Assembly (NCBI GenBank): GCA_035518715.1
Contig: DATIXJ010000027.1
Coordinates: 18,590-82,589 of the forward strand
DNA from: Bacteroidota bacterium
GTDB taxonomy: Bacteria > Bacteroidota > Ignavibacteria > UBA10030 > SZUA-254
DNA: 64,000 nucleotides
Reading direction: 5' to 3'
Numbering within the stretch: the stretch's first letter is position 1; each line of letters starts with the position of its first letter. The translations under genes were made by a program, and so were the position numbers. Below the pieces are notes generated by a model. The model did not search any database. It saw only the letters and a list, made by a program, of their open reading frames with translations, and was not told the DNA's origin. Below are positions 55,319-64,000 of the stretch, piece after piece.

Positions 55319-56044
55319 TTATTTCTTCCTTCCGCGATAGATCGTGGCGGCTCCAAACGAGAGCGAACGGGAATCCGTCTCGCCAAACCCCGCTGTGCGG
55401 AGCAACTGCAGAAACTCAACGGGATCGGGAAATTGCGCAATGGATTCGGGAAGGTAGCGATAAGCGGAATGGTGCCGTGAAATGATCTTTCCGATGAGCG
55501 GGAGAAAGAGCTGCGCGTAAAGGCGGTAGAGTTGCAGTGCGAACGGGTTGGTTGGTGTGGAAAGCTCCAGAATGACGGCTATTCCCGTCGGTTTGAGAAC
55601 ACGATGCATTTCTTTCAGAGTGAGCAGCCGGTCGGCAAAATTCCGAATCCCAAAAGCGACCATGGTTCCGTCAAAGGAGGCGTCGCCAAAGGGGAGTTCG
55701 TGAGCATCACACGATATGAGCCCAATCACCCCGCGTTTCCCGGTTTTTTTCAATTTATCATCGAAGACGTTCAGCATCGAGAGCGCAAAGTCTGAACCGA
55801 TAACCTGCTCGGGTTGCAGGGAGAGAAGCTCGAGGGAGGAGTCGCCGCTGCCGGCGGCAATATCCAGAAAGACGCCCTGTTTCTTCTCCGCAAGGAGTGC
55901 AACGGCCTTCCTTCGCCAGCGAATGTCCATGCCGAAGCTCAGCAGGTGATTCAGTCGATCATAGGTTGGAGCGATGGAATCGAACATCGCGCGGATATTT
56001 GACGGCGCATCACGCCGGATCGTTCTGTTCGGGGACATCGGCAT
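55319..56044 (-). CDS. ubiE: Demethylmenaquinone/ubiquinone methyltransferase
   Basis: MFDSIAPTYDRLNHLLSFG..IRWR and VFLDIAAGSGD are present. The start is taken at MPMSPN, since the longer ORF would overlap the divergent gene. Confidence 0.88.
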   Translation of the reverse strand: MPMSPNRTIRRDAPSNIRAMFDSIAPTYDRLNHLLSFGMDIRWRRKAVALLAEKKQGVFLDIAAGSGDSSLELLSLQPEQVIGSDFALSMLNVFDDKLKKTGKRGVIGLISCDAHELPFGDASFDGTMVAFGIRNFADRLLTLKEMHRVLKPTGIAVILELSTPTNPFALQLYRLYAQLFLPLIGKIISRHHSAYRYLPESIAQFPDPVEFLQLLRTAGFGETDSRSLSFGAATIYRGRKK

Positions 56045-56068
56045 GAATTTCCCCAAATCAGTATTGAA

Positions 56069-58594
56069 ATGCAAGTGCCGATTACTTGCTTTTTTGAATT
56101 CTTTCACTTAAGTTCAAAAAATTTCATTAGGGAAGAACCCCCTCTGAAAACTCTTTGGTACAGTGCAGCGCTTCTCCTCTGGTGCTCGGGAGTATTGCTG
56201 GGAGGAACATCGACCAAAAGTATTGTTGCCGCCCGCACAGATGTGCCTCCTCGCATCGACGGGAAGCTTACGGATGAGGTCTGGAACAAAGCGATCCCCG
56301 TTTCCGGATTCACCCAGTTTGACCCCGACGAGGGAGCACTCCCAACCGAACAAACTTCCGTCCGGGTCCTCTATGATGACAATGCACTCTATATCGGCGT
56401 GATGTGTTATGATTCCGATGCCCCGGATATTGTGGAACAGCTGACTCGGCGCGACCGCACCGTTCAGGCAGACCGCATCTCGGTGATGATCGACTCCTAC
56501 CGGGACAACAGCACGGCATTCCTTTTCAGCGGTTCCGCCTCCGGTGTCCAGTCGGACGGCGTACTCTCTCAGGATGGGAGAGTCTATGACGTGCAGTGGG
56601 ACGCGGTCTGGGATTTTGACGCCGCCATTCTTCCCGACGGCTGGTCGGCAGAATTTAAAATCCCATACAGCGCATTGCGATTTGCTCCGCAGGACAGCGA
56701 ATATGTCTGGGGAATCAATTTTCGAAGGTTCATTGCCCGCAAGCAGGAAACGGATGAGTGGGTTATGGTGCCGCGGCGGGAAACCACCCAGGGGACGATT
56801 TCGAGCGTTTCAAAAATGGGGAATGTCTCCGGCATCGCCGACATCCATCCTCCGCTGCATATGGAAATTCTCCCGTACACCGTTTCAAAACTCACGTCGC
56901 TGTCACAATCCGAGCCATTCTCCACGCAGAACAATTTCAGCGGCTCTGCCGGCCTGGATATGAAGTACGGGTTTACCAACAACTTCACGCTTGATCTCGC
57001 CGTCAATCCGGATTTCGGACAGGTTGAGGTTGACCAGGCGGTCCTCAATCTCACGCATTTCGAGACGTTCTATCCCGAGAAGCGCCCCTTCTTCCTTGAA
57101 GGAGCACAGCAGTTCGCATTCGGGACCATGTTCGACAATAAATCGCTTCAGCTTTTCTATTCCCGGAGGATCGGTGTGAAGCCGACAATTCCGCTCCCCG
57201 ATTCGGGATACGCCTATCTCGATCCGCCGCAGGTCACGACAATTCTCGGTGCCGCCAAGGTGACCGGAAGAACCGACAACGGGTTGACACTTGCGGCGCT
57301 TTCTGCACTTACCAGCAGGGAAGATGCCCAGGAGCAGAATATTCAGGGAACTGCGCTTTCTCCGGTGGTTGTAGAGCCGAGGGCAAGCTATGATGTTGTC
57401 CGATTGAAACAGGAAATCGGTGACCAATCCACCATAGGAATGATGGCGACGGGAGCGTTTAAGGATGACAATTACCCCGCGCTGAACGGCGGAGTCGACT
57501 GGAACCTGCGCCTGGATGAGGGGAACTATCTTCTCGACGGATATCTTGCCGGCTCATCGGATCTTCCGGAAAACGGAATACAGAAACAGGTCGGGAGTGC
57601 GGGTCGGATCGGTTTCGCTAAACCGCAGGGTGAGCATGTTCTCTTCTTCTCGGCATACGACTACTCTTCACGGAACTTCTCCATTTCGAATCTCGGATTC
57701 TACAGTCAGCCGCTGGAGCATGGCGGATATACCGAAATCATCTACAAAGTCGACAGGGCATCTGATCCGGCCCTGCGGTATGGCGTCATTGCACAATCCA
57801 ACTATCGGTGGAACTGGGACGGCATCAATACCGTCAAACAGTTGGAACTTGAGCCGCAATGGCAGTTCAGAAATTTTTGGACGCTTTCGATTGATTATCT
57901 CCACGACTTTCCCGCATACGACGATCAGAACAGGATCGTCTATGGAGTGTATCGGCGTCCTTCGGGAAACCAGCTTGTGACAACAGTGCAGACCGATGCA
58001 CGCAATGCCGCTTTTGTGACACTCGTCGGAGGATATCTCAGCACGACGCGGGGCATGGGAACGGTCTACACGGATGTCGGCGTGACGCTCCGTCCAAGCA
58101 CGTGGATGGAATTTGATCCGGAACTGCTCTATTATAGGTCCCGTAACGAGGAAACGTGGGTCATTCCGTACCTCACGGAAAACGGACAGAATCTCTTCGG
58201 CAACCGTGACGTCGACGAGTACAGCATGTCGCTGCGCGGGACGATCACGTTTACGCGGCAATTCAGCTTCCAGTTCTTCACGCAGGTCTTCCTTGCGAAG
58301 GGACACTACGAGAATTTCAAGCAGCTTCTCGATCCCACAACACTTGCTCCCTACGACTATCAGGACTCACCAATCTACGCCAATCCTGATTTCAACGAGA
58401 AAGTTCTGAATGCGAACCTTGTCCTGCGGTGGGAGTATCTTCCCGGGAGCACCATCTATCTTGTCTGGACGCAGGCGCGCGATGCAACGGATACTGTGTT
58501 CGGTACTTCTTTCGGTACCGATTTTGCGAATGCATTCAGGGTGCCGATGGATAACGTTTTCCTCGCCAAGATCTCCTACTGGTGGAGTCTCTGA
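56069..58594 (+). CDS. CBM9-like + DUF5916 domain outer-membrane-associated protein
   Basis: PPRIDGKLTDEVWNKA...GFTQFDPDEG...VRVLYDDNALYIG is the CBM9/DUF5916 family N-terminal pattern. The start codon is uncertain. Confidence 0.75.
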   Translation: MQVPITCFFEFFHLSSKNFIREEPPLKTLWYSAALLLWCSGVLLGGTSTKSIVAARTDVPPRIDGKLTDEVWNKAIPVSGFTQFDPDEGALPTEQTSVRVLYDDNALYIGVMCYDSDAPDIVEQLTRRDRTVQADRISVMIDSYRDNSTAFLFSGSASGVQSDGVLSQDGRVYDVQWDAVWDFDAAILPDGWSAEFKIPYSALRFAPQDSEYVWGINFRRFIARKQETDEWVMVPRRETTQGTISSVSKMGNVSGIADIHPPLHMEILPYTVSKLTSLSQSEPFSTQNNFSGSAGLDMKYGFTNNFTLDLAVNPDFGQVEVDQAVLNLTHFETFYPEKRPFFLEGAQQFAFGTMFDNKSLQLFYSRRIGVKPTIPLPDSGYAYLDPPQVTTILGAAKVTGRTDNGLTLAALSALTSREDAQEQNIQGTALSPVVVEPRASYDVVRLKQEIGDQSTIGMMATGAFKDDNYPALNGGVDWNLRLDEGNYLLDGYLAGSSDLPENGIQKQVGSAGRIGFAKPQGEHVLFFSAYDYSSRNFSISNLGFYSQPLEHGGYTEIIYKVDRASDPALRYGVIAQSNYRWNWDGINTVKQLELEPQWQFRNFWTLSIDYLHDFPAYDDQNRIVYGVYRRPSGNQLVTTVQTDARNAAFVTLVGGYLSTTRGMGTVYTDVGVTLRPSTWMEFDPELLYYRSRNEETWVIPYLTENGQNLFGNRDVDEYSMSLRGTITFTRQFSFQFFTQVFLAKGHYENFKQLLDPTTLAPYDYQDSPIYANPDFNEKVLNANLVLRWEYLPGSTIYLVWTQARDATDTVFGTSFGTDFANAFRVPMDNVFLAKISYWWSL

Positions 58595-58753
58595 TCCCCG
58601 GATAGCTTTTGGCTTCCCGCCTGGTCGGGAACTCAAGAACCTCCCGTTTCCAAACTATTTCCCGCAATTTCCGTATCATTTTGTGCCATCCTGTCAACGA
58701 GACTGCTGAAATTATTGTCCAATGCATAGAAACCGGAAAAGGGGATCCCCTGC

Positions 58754-59305
58754 ATGACCGCTGCGGACGAGCAGCAATTAATCCTTCGCGTGAAGGAAGG
58801 AAGCCATGAGGCATTCCGTATTCTCGTAGAGCGGTACATGAAGCACGCGTACAACGTTGCCTACGGATTTGTGAGTGATCATGACGACGCTGAAGATATC
58901 GCACAGGAGTCGTTTGTACGGGCGTACCAGTCGATCGGCAGCTTCCGCGGAGAGGCCGGTTTCGGGACCTGGCTGTACCGAATCGTCACGAATCTCTCGC
59001 TGAACCGGGTGCGCCAGAAAAAGCAGATTGCCGCCCGAGAGGTGCATGACGCCGAAGAATCACTCCTGAAGCGGGGTGATGGATTGGAACTGCACGAAGT
59101 GAGCGAATTGAAAATGCATATTGAACGAACACTCCATGAACTGCCGACGCTCCAGCGTGCCGCGGTCATCCTGCGGCACATCAACGGCCTCTCGACGAAA
59201 CAGGTGAGTTCGATCCTTCAGTGTTCTGAAGGAACGGTGAAGACGCATCTTTACCGCGGGTTGAAAAAAATGAAGATTAAAATGAAGTACTTGAAGGATG
59301 AATGA
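58754..59305 (+). CDS. ECF (group 4) sigma-70 family sigma factor
   Basis: Region 2 (DAEDIAQESFVRAY, FGTWLYRIVTN) and a region 4 HTH are present. Confidence 0.9.
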   Translation: MTAADEQQLILRVKEGSHEAFRILVERYMKHAYNVAYGFVSDHDDAEDIAQESFVRAYQSIGSFRGEAGFGTWLYRIVTNLSLNRVRQKKQIAAREVHDAEESLLKRGDGLELHEVSELKMHIERTLHELPTLQRAAVILRHINGLSTKQVSSILQCSEGTVKTHLYRGLKKMKIKMKYLKDE

Positions 59306-60117
59306 TGCGAAACTCCCACAAGAAAATACATCTGTTGTTGTATGAGTATCTCTCCGGGGATGTCTCCCCGCAGCAGCAGGAGGAGATTGCGGGACATCTT
59401 GAAAAATGTGCGCTTTGCCGGACCGATCTTGAAGCAATCCGTGCAGCACTCGAGATGCTTCGTCCGCGGCTTCCGCTGCCGAGCGACGAACGTCCGGCGG
59501 CGTACTGGAACGCCTTCGCCGATGCTGTCGAGAGAAAACTGCGCAATGCCCGGAAACGCCGGTCGGTCTGGTCTGAGGTCTGGGAAGAGCTCACCACCTT
59601 CGTGACCCGGCGCCCCATGGTTGTCTCGTCCCTTGCCGGCGTCGCCGCGTTGCTTCTCGTAACTGTCGTCCTGTGGCGGGACATTGTAACGGTCGGATCA
59701 CCGGCTGGTGAGAAGACTGCGAACAACATTCCGGTACAGACTGCCGCATATGATTCGGCAAATGTCGATCGCCGGATGGGAGACTATCTCCGGAAATCGA
59801 AGATCCTCCTGATTGGCATAACGAACATGAAGCTCGACGAAGACCAGACGGTTGATCTGAGCTCAGAACGGAACTATTCCCGCGGGCTTCTTCAGGAAGC
59901 CCGCTATCTCGAAGGCCAGCCGATCGATTACCGCTCCGCGCGACTCGTTTCCGATCTGAAGAAAATTCTCATTCAGCTTGCCAACGCAAAGGAAGAAGGC
60001 GACGCGCCCAATGTCGAGCTCATCCGGAGCGGGATCCATCAGGAAAACCTTTTATTCAAAATCCGGATTGCGGAATCCCTCTACGATTCGTCGCAGTCCG
60101 AACAGAATTACCGTTGA
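59302..60117 (+). CDS. Anti-sigma factor (zf-HC2, single TM)
   Basis: HLEKCALCRTDL zinc-finger motif, a central TM helix and an ATGA overlap with the sigma gene. Confidence 0.8.
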   Translation: MMRNSHKKIHLLLYEYLSGDVSPQQQEEIAGHLEKCALCRTDLEAIRAALEMLRPRLPLPSDERPAAYWNAFADAVERKLRNARKRRSVWSEVWEELTTFVTRRPMVVSSLAGVAALLLVTVVLWRDIVTVGSPAGEKTANNIPVQTAAYDSANVDRRMGDYLRKSKILLIGITNMKLDEDQTVDLSSERNYSRGLLQEARYLEGQPIDYRSARLVSDLKKILIQLANAKEEGDAPNVELIRSGIHQENLLFKIRIAESLYDSSQSEQNYR

Positions 60118-60129
60118 ACGAGGAAGCAT

Positions 60130-61290
60130 ATGAAAACACTCTTGATCATTGCAAGCATGCTGGTTGCGGTTGCGCTCGCACCCGCGCGTCAGTCGAATGC
60201 CGGCGAATATTCACCGGCTCTGCCATCCGAACCGTTCGTTGTTCTCACGCTCGGTGACGCGGAACCTCCTGCCGAGCCGGGTGACGGAGACAGCAAAGAC
60301 GATCCCGGGTACAAGATGTACAAGGACGGGTACAATCTGGTGCTCGACGAACAGTGGAAAGATGCCAGAAAGAAATTCGCGGAGATGATCAAGCTCTATC
60401 CGAAGAGCAATTATGTGGATGATGCCGAATATTGGTCTGCGTATGCGATGAAGCATATTTCGCGGAAGGATGCGATTGCAGAATACAAGAAGTTTATCAA
60501 GGAAAATCCGACCAGCAACTATTATGATGATGCTCAGGCAGATCTCAGCGAGCTCGAGGCGTACTCGCTGAATGTTCTGAGTACGGCGCCGGGAGCGAGC
60601 GTAGAATCATCCGGAGCTCCCGAGGCCCGCGCGTTTTCATACAGTTACAGCGCACCGGAGGTGGAGCGGACCACGAGAGACCTCGAACACAAAATACGCA
60701 TCATGAGCATGCCGCATATGCCCTCCATGGGTCCGATGACGCTCTATACTCTCCACGGACGTTTGTCGGATAAAGATGAATCGGTCGATCCGGAAACACA
60801 GTTGAAGATCGAGGCGCTCTATGCTCTTGGTAATGGGAATCAGGACGACAAGGCCTTTCAACGGCTCAAGGAAGTGGCGGTTGACTGGAGCCAGAATGTC
60901 CGATTGCGAGAGGCGGCAATCGACGCGCTTTCGAATTTCAAGGATCACGACCTTCTTCCGATTTACCTCGAGATTGCGAAACATGACACCGTGCAGGCGA
61001 TGCAGGATCTCTCGCTCGAATATCTCAGCACTGACACCAAAGACAAGAACAAATCCGTCGGTGCGCTGATTGATCTCTTCAATACGATTCCTTCCGACCG
61101 TCACGATCAGCGGCGGACGATCTTCTATTTCATTGCCGATGTGGGAAATGACCGGGCTGTCGATTTTCTCGCCGGCGTTGCACGCGGCGGCTCGGAATAT
61201 GACCTCCGTCGCGAGGCAATCTACTATCTTGGCAATATCGGAAGTGACAAAGCCAGGGCGGCGCTCTATCAGGTCCTCGAGGGAAAATAA
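60130..61290 (+). CDS. Exported TPR/HEAT-repeat protein
   Basis: Signal peptide, a BamD/YbgF-like TPR segment (YPKSNYVDDAEYW) and C-terminal HEAT-like repeats (REAAIDALSNF, RREAIYYLGNIGSDKA). Confidence 0.7.
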   Translation: MKTLLIIASMLVAVALAPARQSNAGEYSPALPSEPFVVLTLGDAEPPAEPGDGDSKDDPGYKMYKDGYNLVLDEQWKDARKKFAEMIKLYPKSNYVDDAEYWSAYAMKHISRKDAIAEYKKFIKENPTSNYYDDAQADLSELEAYSLNVLSTAPGASVESSGAPEARAFSYSYSAPEVERTTRDLEHKIRIMSMPHMPSMGPMTLYTLHGRLSDKDESVDPETQLKIEALYALGNGNQDDKAFQRLKEVAVDWSQNVRLREAAIDALSNFKDHDLLPIYLEIAKHDTVQAMQDLSLEYLSTDTKDKNKSVGALIDLFNTIPSDRHDQRRTIFYFIADVGNDRAVDFLAGVARGGSEYDLRREAIYYLGNIGSDKARAALYQVLEGK

Positions 61291-61520
61291 CAGCGCCCCC
61301 ATTACCTGCAATTCCGGTGGGAGGCATCTGACCTGTTGGCGACTTCCCGCCGTCCACGACAGCGATTCTTCCGACCGAAAAGCGACCGCGTTCCAGATGC
61401 TCAGATCATGAGATTATGGTGAAATTGCCGTACTTTCTCCCTACCTTTGATCGACCTGCCTGCAACTATCTGCCGCAGGTCATAGTCTAATCTTGTGAAT
61501 CCTTTGGATCTCAATCGTCC

Positions 61521-62111
61521 ATGGCGCCGAGCGATCGTGAATTAATCGATAATGCCCGAAAAGGTGATATGCGCGCGTTTGAACAGCTTGTTTATCGGTA
61601 TGATAAGAGGGTGTTCGGCATCGCTGCACGCTTCGTCACGTCTTCTGACGATGCCAAGGATATTTACCAGGAAGTCTTCCTGCGCGTGTACAACGGGCTC
61701 CGGCGTTTTGAGTCGAAGAGCGAGTTCTCAACCTGGCTTTACAGGATTACGATGAACGTCTGTCTCACATATCATTCACAACGGAAGCACCATTCGCAGT
61801 GGACCGGTTCGGGCGGGCTTGGGAACGGTGACAGTGAAGAGGGCTCCGGGAGAATCGAAGCAGTCTCGAATGACCCGTCACCTGAGCAGCACGCTGCCGA
61901 CAGAGAAGTCGCATCGCGGGTCGAACAGGCGCTGGAAATTCTTTCGCCGAAACAGAAAATGGTATTCACACTGCGTCATTATCAGGGCTACAAACTGCGG
62001 GAAATTGCCTCCATGATGAAATGTACCGAAGGCACCGTCAAGCGGTATCTCTTTTCCGCAACACAACGGATGCGGGAACAGCTTGCCGATGTGCTCGAGA
62101 GTTATGCGTAG
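61521..62111 (+). CDS. ECF sigma-70 family sigma factor (second copy)
   Basis: DAKDIYQEVFLRVY, FSTWLYRITMN and a region 4 HTH are present. Confidence 0.9.
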   Translation: MAPSDRELIDNARKGDMRAFEQLVYRYDKRVFGIAARFVTSSDDAKDIYQEVFLRVYNGLRRFESKSEFSTWLYRITMNVCLTYHSQRKHHSQWTGSGGLGNGDSEEGSGRIEAVSNDPSPEQHAADREVASRVEQALEILSPKQKMVFTLRHYQGYKLREIASMMKCTEGTVKRYLFSATQRMREQLADVLESYA

Positions 62112-62141
62112 GCCGACAGACGGAAAAGAAGGAGCTCGACG

Positions 62142-63083
62142 ATGAATCATAAACGATATAAGAAGCTCATAGTGCTCTCACTGTATGATGAGCTCACGGT
62201 TCGCGAGAAAGAACAGCTCGACCGGCATCTCGCAGCGTGTCATGAATGCCGTAGTGAGATCGCCTCTCTCAAGGGCCTTCATCATGTTCTCGGACAGGTC
62301 GCTCCCGCGGTGGAGCCGGAACAGATGCTGGAAGCCGCCCGCCGCCAGTTTCGGGAGGCACTCCGGAATGACGAGCAGCCCGGGGAATCGTGGCAGGAAA
62401 AACTCATTGCATTGATCTGGCCGAATGGAAAGCTCGTGCTCGGCGGAGCAATTGCCGCTGCGCTCGGGGTGGCGATCGGATTCATCCTCTTTCATCCGGC
62501 GGAGCGGGCTCTTCCCGTACATCCTGCGGTGATCTCGTCGGCGACGGGAAGTGAAAGTGATATCCGAATTTCCAATGTCCGATTCCTTCAGTCCAATCCG
62601 GCTACGGGCGACGTGGATTTTGTTTTCGATGCGGTGAAATCGGTGCACCTTCAGGGAAACATCGAGGACATGCAGATCCAGAAGGTGCTGACCCATGCCA
62701 TGCTGAATGAAGAGAACCCCGGCGTGCGCTTGAAATCGGTCAGTGCTATGGCGTCGCGTCCCTCCGCCGATGCCCAGGTGAAGAGAGCACTCATTGCCGC
62801 GCTGAAGGACGACAAGAACGCGGCCGTCCGTCTCGAAGCACTCCGCGGTCTGTCGGCATATCAGTACGACCAGGAAATCCAGTCGACGCTTCTCTTCACG
62901 CTGATGCACGACCAGAATCCGGGCCTCCGGATTGCCGCCATCAACCAGCTTGATTCCGCGTCCGTCTCAGGACGGACGATCGGTAAAGATGCGCTCAAAG
63001 TGTTACGCGATAAAATGCAGCATGATGATAACAATTACATCCGCCTGCGTGCAAAGGCGGTCGTTCAGGAGATATCACAATGA
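62142..63083 (+). CDS. Anti-sigma factor (zf-HC2, TM) with extracytoplasmic HEAT repeats
   Basis: HLAACHECRSEI, a TM near residue 100, and HEAT-like units (NPGVRLKSVSAM, NAAVRLEALRGL, NPGLRIAAINQL) are present. Confidence 0.8.
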   Translation: MNHKRYKKLIVLSLYDELTVREKEQLDRHLAACHECRSEIASLKGLHHVLGQVAPAVEPEQMLEAARRQFREALRNDEQPGESWQEKLIALIWPNGKLVLGGAIAAALGVAIGFILFHPAERALPVHPAVISSATGSESDIRISNVRFLQSNPATGDVDFVFDAVKSVHLQGNIEDMQIQKVLTHAMLNEENPGVRLKSVSAMASRPSADAQVKRALIAALKDDKNAAVRLEALRGLSAYQYDQEIQSTLLFTLMHDQNPGLRIAAINQLDSASVSGRTIGKDALKVLRDKMQHDDNNYIRLRAKAVVQEISQ

Positions 63084-64000
63084 CAAAACGTTTTGCTTTC
63101 TTGCTTATCGGATTACTTTTCACGGCATTCATGGTCGCTTCCTCGCACGACGACGGTGAAGGTACGACGTCAAAGACCTTCGACGTGAGCCCGGGGGGAA
63201 CTCTCGACATCTCGGTGGATGGAGGAGATATTCATATTACTCCCGTTGAAAAGAACAGAGTGACGGTCCGCGCAATCGGGATTGATGAAGATGAAGCCGA
63301 CGATCTGCACATGACAACGGAGGGTACGACGGTCCGCATCGAAAAATACTCCGGAGACTGGGACAATAATACGCGGTACGATATTGATGTGCCGTCGAAA
63401 TTCAATCTCAGGATGCGGACACGCGACGGAAATATCACCGTCGACGGGACGATCACCGGTGAGGTCTCCTGCCAAACCTCCTCCGGCGATATCCGTCTGT
63501 CGGTCGTCAACGGAAAGGTGGATGCAACGACCTCGGGGGGGAATATCACGACGCGCGACGTTCAGGGTGATCTGGATGTCCGGACTTCGGGAGGCGATAT
63601 CATGCTTGGTTCGATCGGCGGCTCCGCCGACATATCAACCTCCGGCGGCAATATTCGCATGGACAATGTCAAGAAAACGCTCATGGCGAAGACTTCCGGC
63701 GGCGATGTTATCGTCGGTGATGTGGGAGGCGAAGCGACGATCTCCACGTCCGGCGGGAATATCACTGTGGGGAGAGTTTCCGCAAGCGTCAGGATGTCGA
63801 CTGCCGGCGGCGACGTGGAGCTCGAGGGCGCCTCGGGAGATGTTCGTGCCAAGACTGCCGGCGGTAATATGCGTCTCCTTGGGATTACGGGAACAATCGA
63901 TGCACGCACGGCCGGCGGCGATATCGATGCAGAGCTGATGCCGTCCGGAAAAGGTGAAAGCCGGATTTCAACCGCCAGCGGACAGATCCGGCTGGATATC
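63080..64000 (+). CDS. DUF4097-type putative adhesin / beta-helix repeat protein (3' end outside window); not in ORF track
   Basis: ATG 63080 overlaps the upstream stop (ATGA). The frame is open for 307 codons to the window edge. Signal peptide is present. There are more than 9 repeats of T(S/A)GG(D/N)I at a period of about 19-20 aa. Confidence 0.8.
   Translation, partial: MTKRFAFLLIGLLFTAFMVASSHDDGEGTTSKTFDVSPGGTLDISVDGGDIHITPVEKNRVTVRAIGIDEDEADDLHMTTEGTTVRIEKYSGDWDNNTRYDIDVPSKFNLRMRTRDGNITVDGTITGEVSCQTSSGDIRLSVVNGKVDATTSGGNITTRDVQGDLDVRTSGGDIMLGSIGGSADISTSGGNIRMDNVKKTLMAKTSGGDVIVGDVGGEATISTSGGNITVGRVSASVRMSTAGGDVELEGASGDVRAKTAGGNMRLLGITGTIDARTAGGDIDAELMPSGKGESRISTASGQIRLDI

Noticed and set aside
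58620-58660. An ECF-type promoter motif (GGAAC ... CGTT) upstream of the first ECF sigma gene.
   Set aside because: The spacing between GGAAC and CGTT is only about 12 nt, against the expected 16-17 nt.
63232-63909. Two antisense ORFs (105 and 115 aa) with internally repetitive sequence.
   Set aside because: They mirror the periodic TSGGDI repeats of the DUF4097 gene on the plus strand.
1-64000. Search for CRISPR arrays, rRNA genes, integrase/recombinase genes, phage structural genes, reverse transcriptases and toxin-antitoxin pairs.
   Set aside because: I saw no regularly spaced direct repeats and no ORF with the corresponding motifs. The only mobility-related gene is the RayT-like transposase.

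Overview
This is a 64-kb chromosomal window from a moderately GC-rich bacterium. It is probably a member of the FCB group (Ignavibacteriota/Bacteroidota-like). The evidence is a T9SS-type C-terminal sorting domain, a TonB-dependent receptor, a CBM9/DUF5916 protein and a BatA_N-type protein. I call about 65 protein genes and 3 tRNAs (Pro-TGG, Val-TAC, Gly-CCC). I see no rRNA, CRISPR array, integrase or prophage. Most of the window is tightly packed housekeeping: murI, def, pyrE, deoA, suhB, hflX, guaB, purD, meaB, rlmD, ubiE and pldA, plus aldehyde and acyl-CoA dehydrogenases. Five parts deserve a second look. (1) At 35.5-43.4 kb there is a nickel/cobalt neighbourhood. It holds a NicO-type permease, a TonB-dependent receptor and a CbiM(PDGLE)-CbiQ-CbiO ECF importer. 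Three uncharacterised exported proteins bracket the importer: a Cys-rich lipoprotein, a periplasmic cupin and a Cys-less YedY-fold domain. (2) At 43.4-47.9 kb there is a tRNA-linked accessory patch. It contains a 92-nt duplication of the tRNA-Gly 5' end plus its upstream region, flanking one AT-rich foreign-looking gene. It also contains hairpin repeats in front of a DUF559 endonuclease gene and a membrane-anchored PA-IL-like lectin gene. (3) A RayT-like HUH transposase gene ends 5 nt before tRNA-Pro. (4) Two tandem ECF sigma/anti-sigma modules carry HEAT-repeat and DUF4097 partners. (5) Smaller items include a 59-codon zinc-ribbon ORF missing from the ORF track, a candidate sRNA with promoter and terminator, and structured hairpins 3' of the tRNA pair. 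All functional calls come from motif recognition by eye. No database search or computation was run, so family names are hypotheses to confirm with HMM or BLAST searches.
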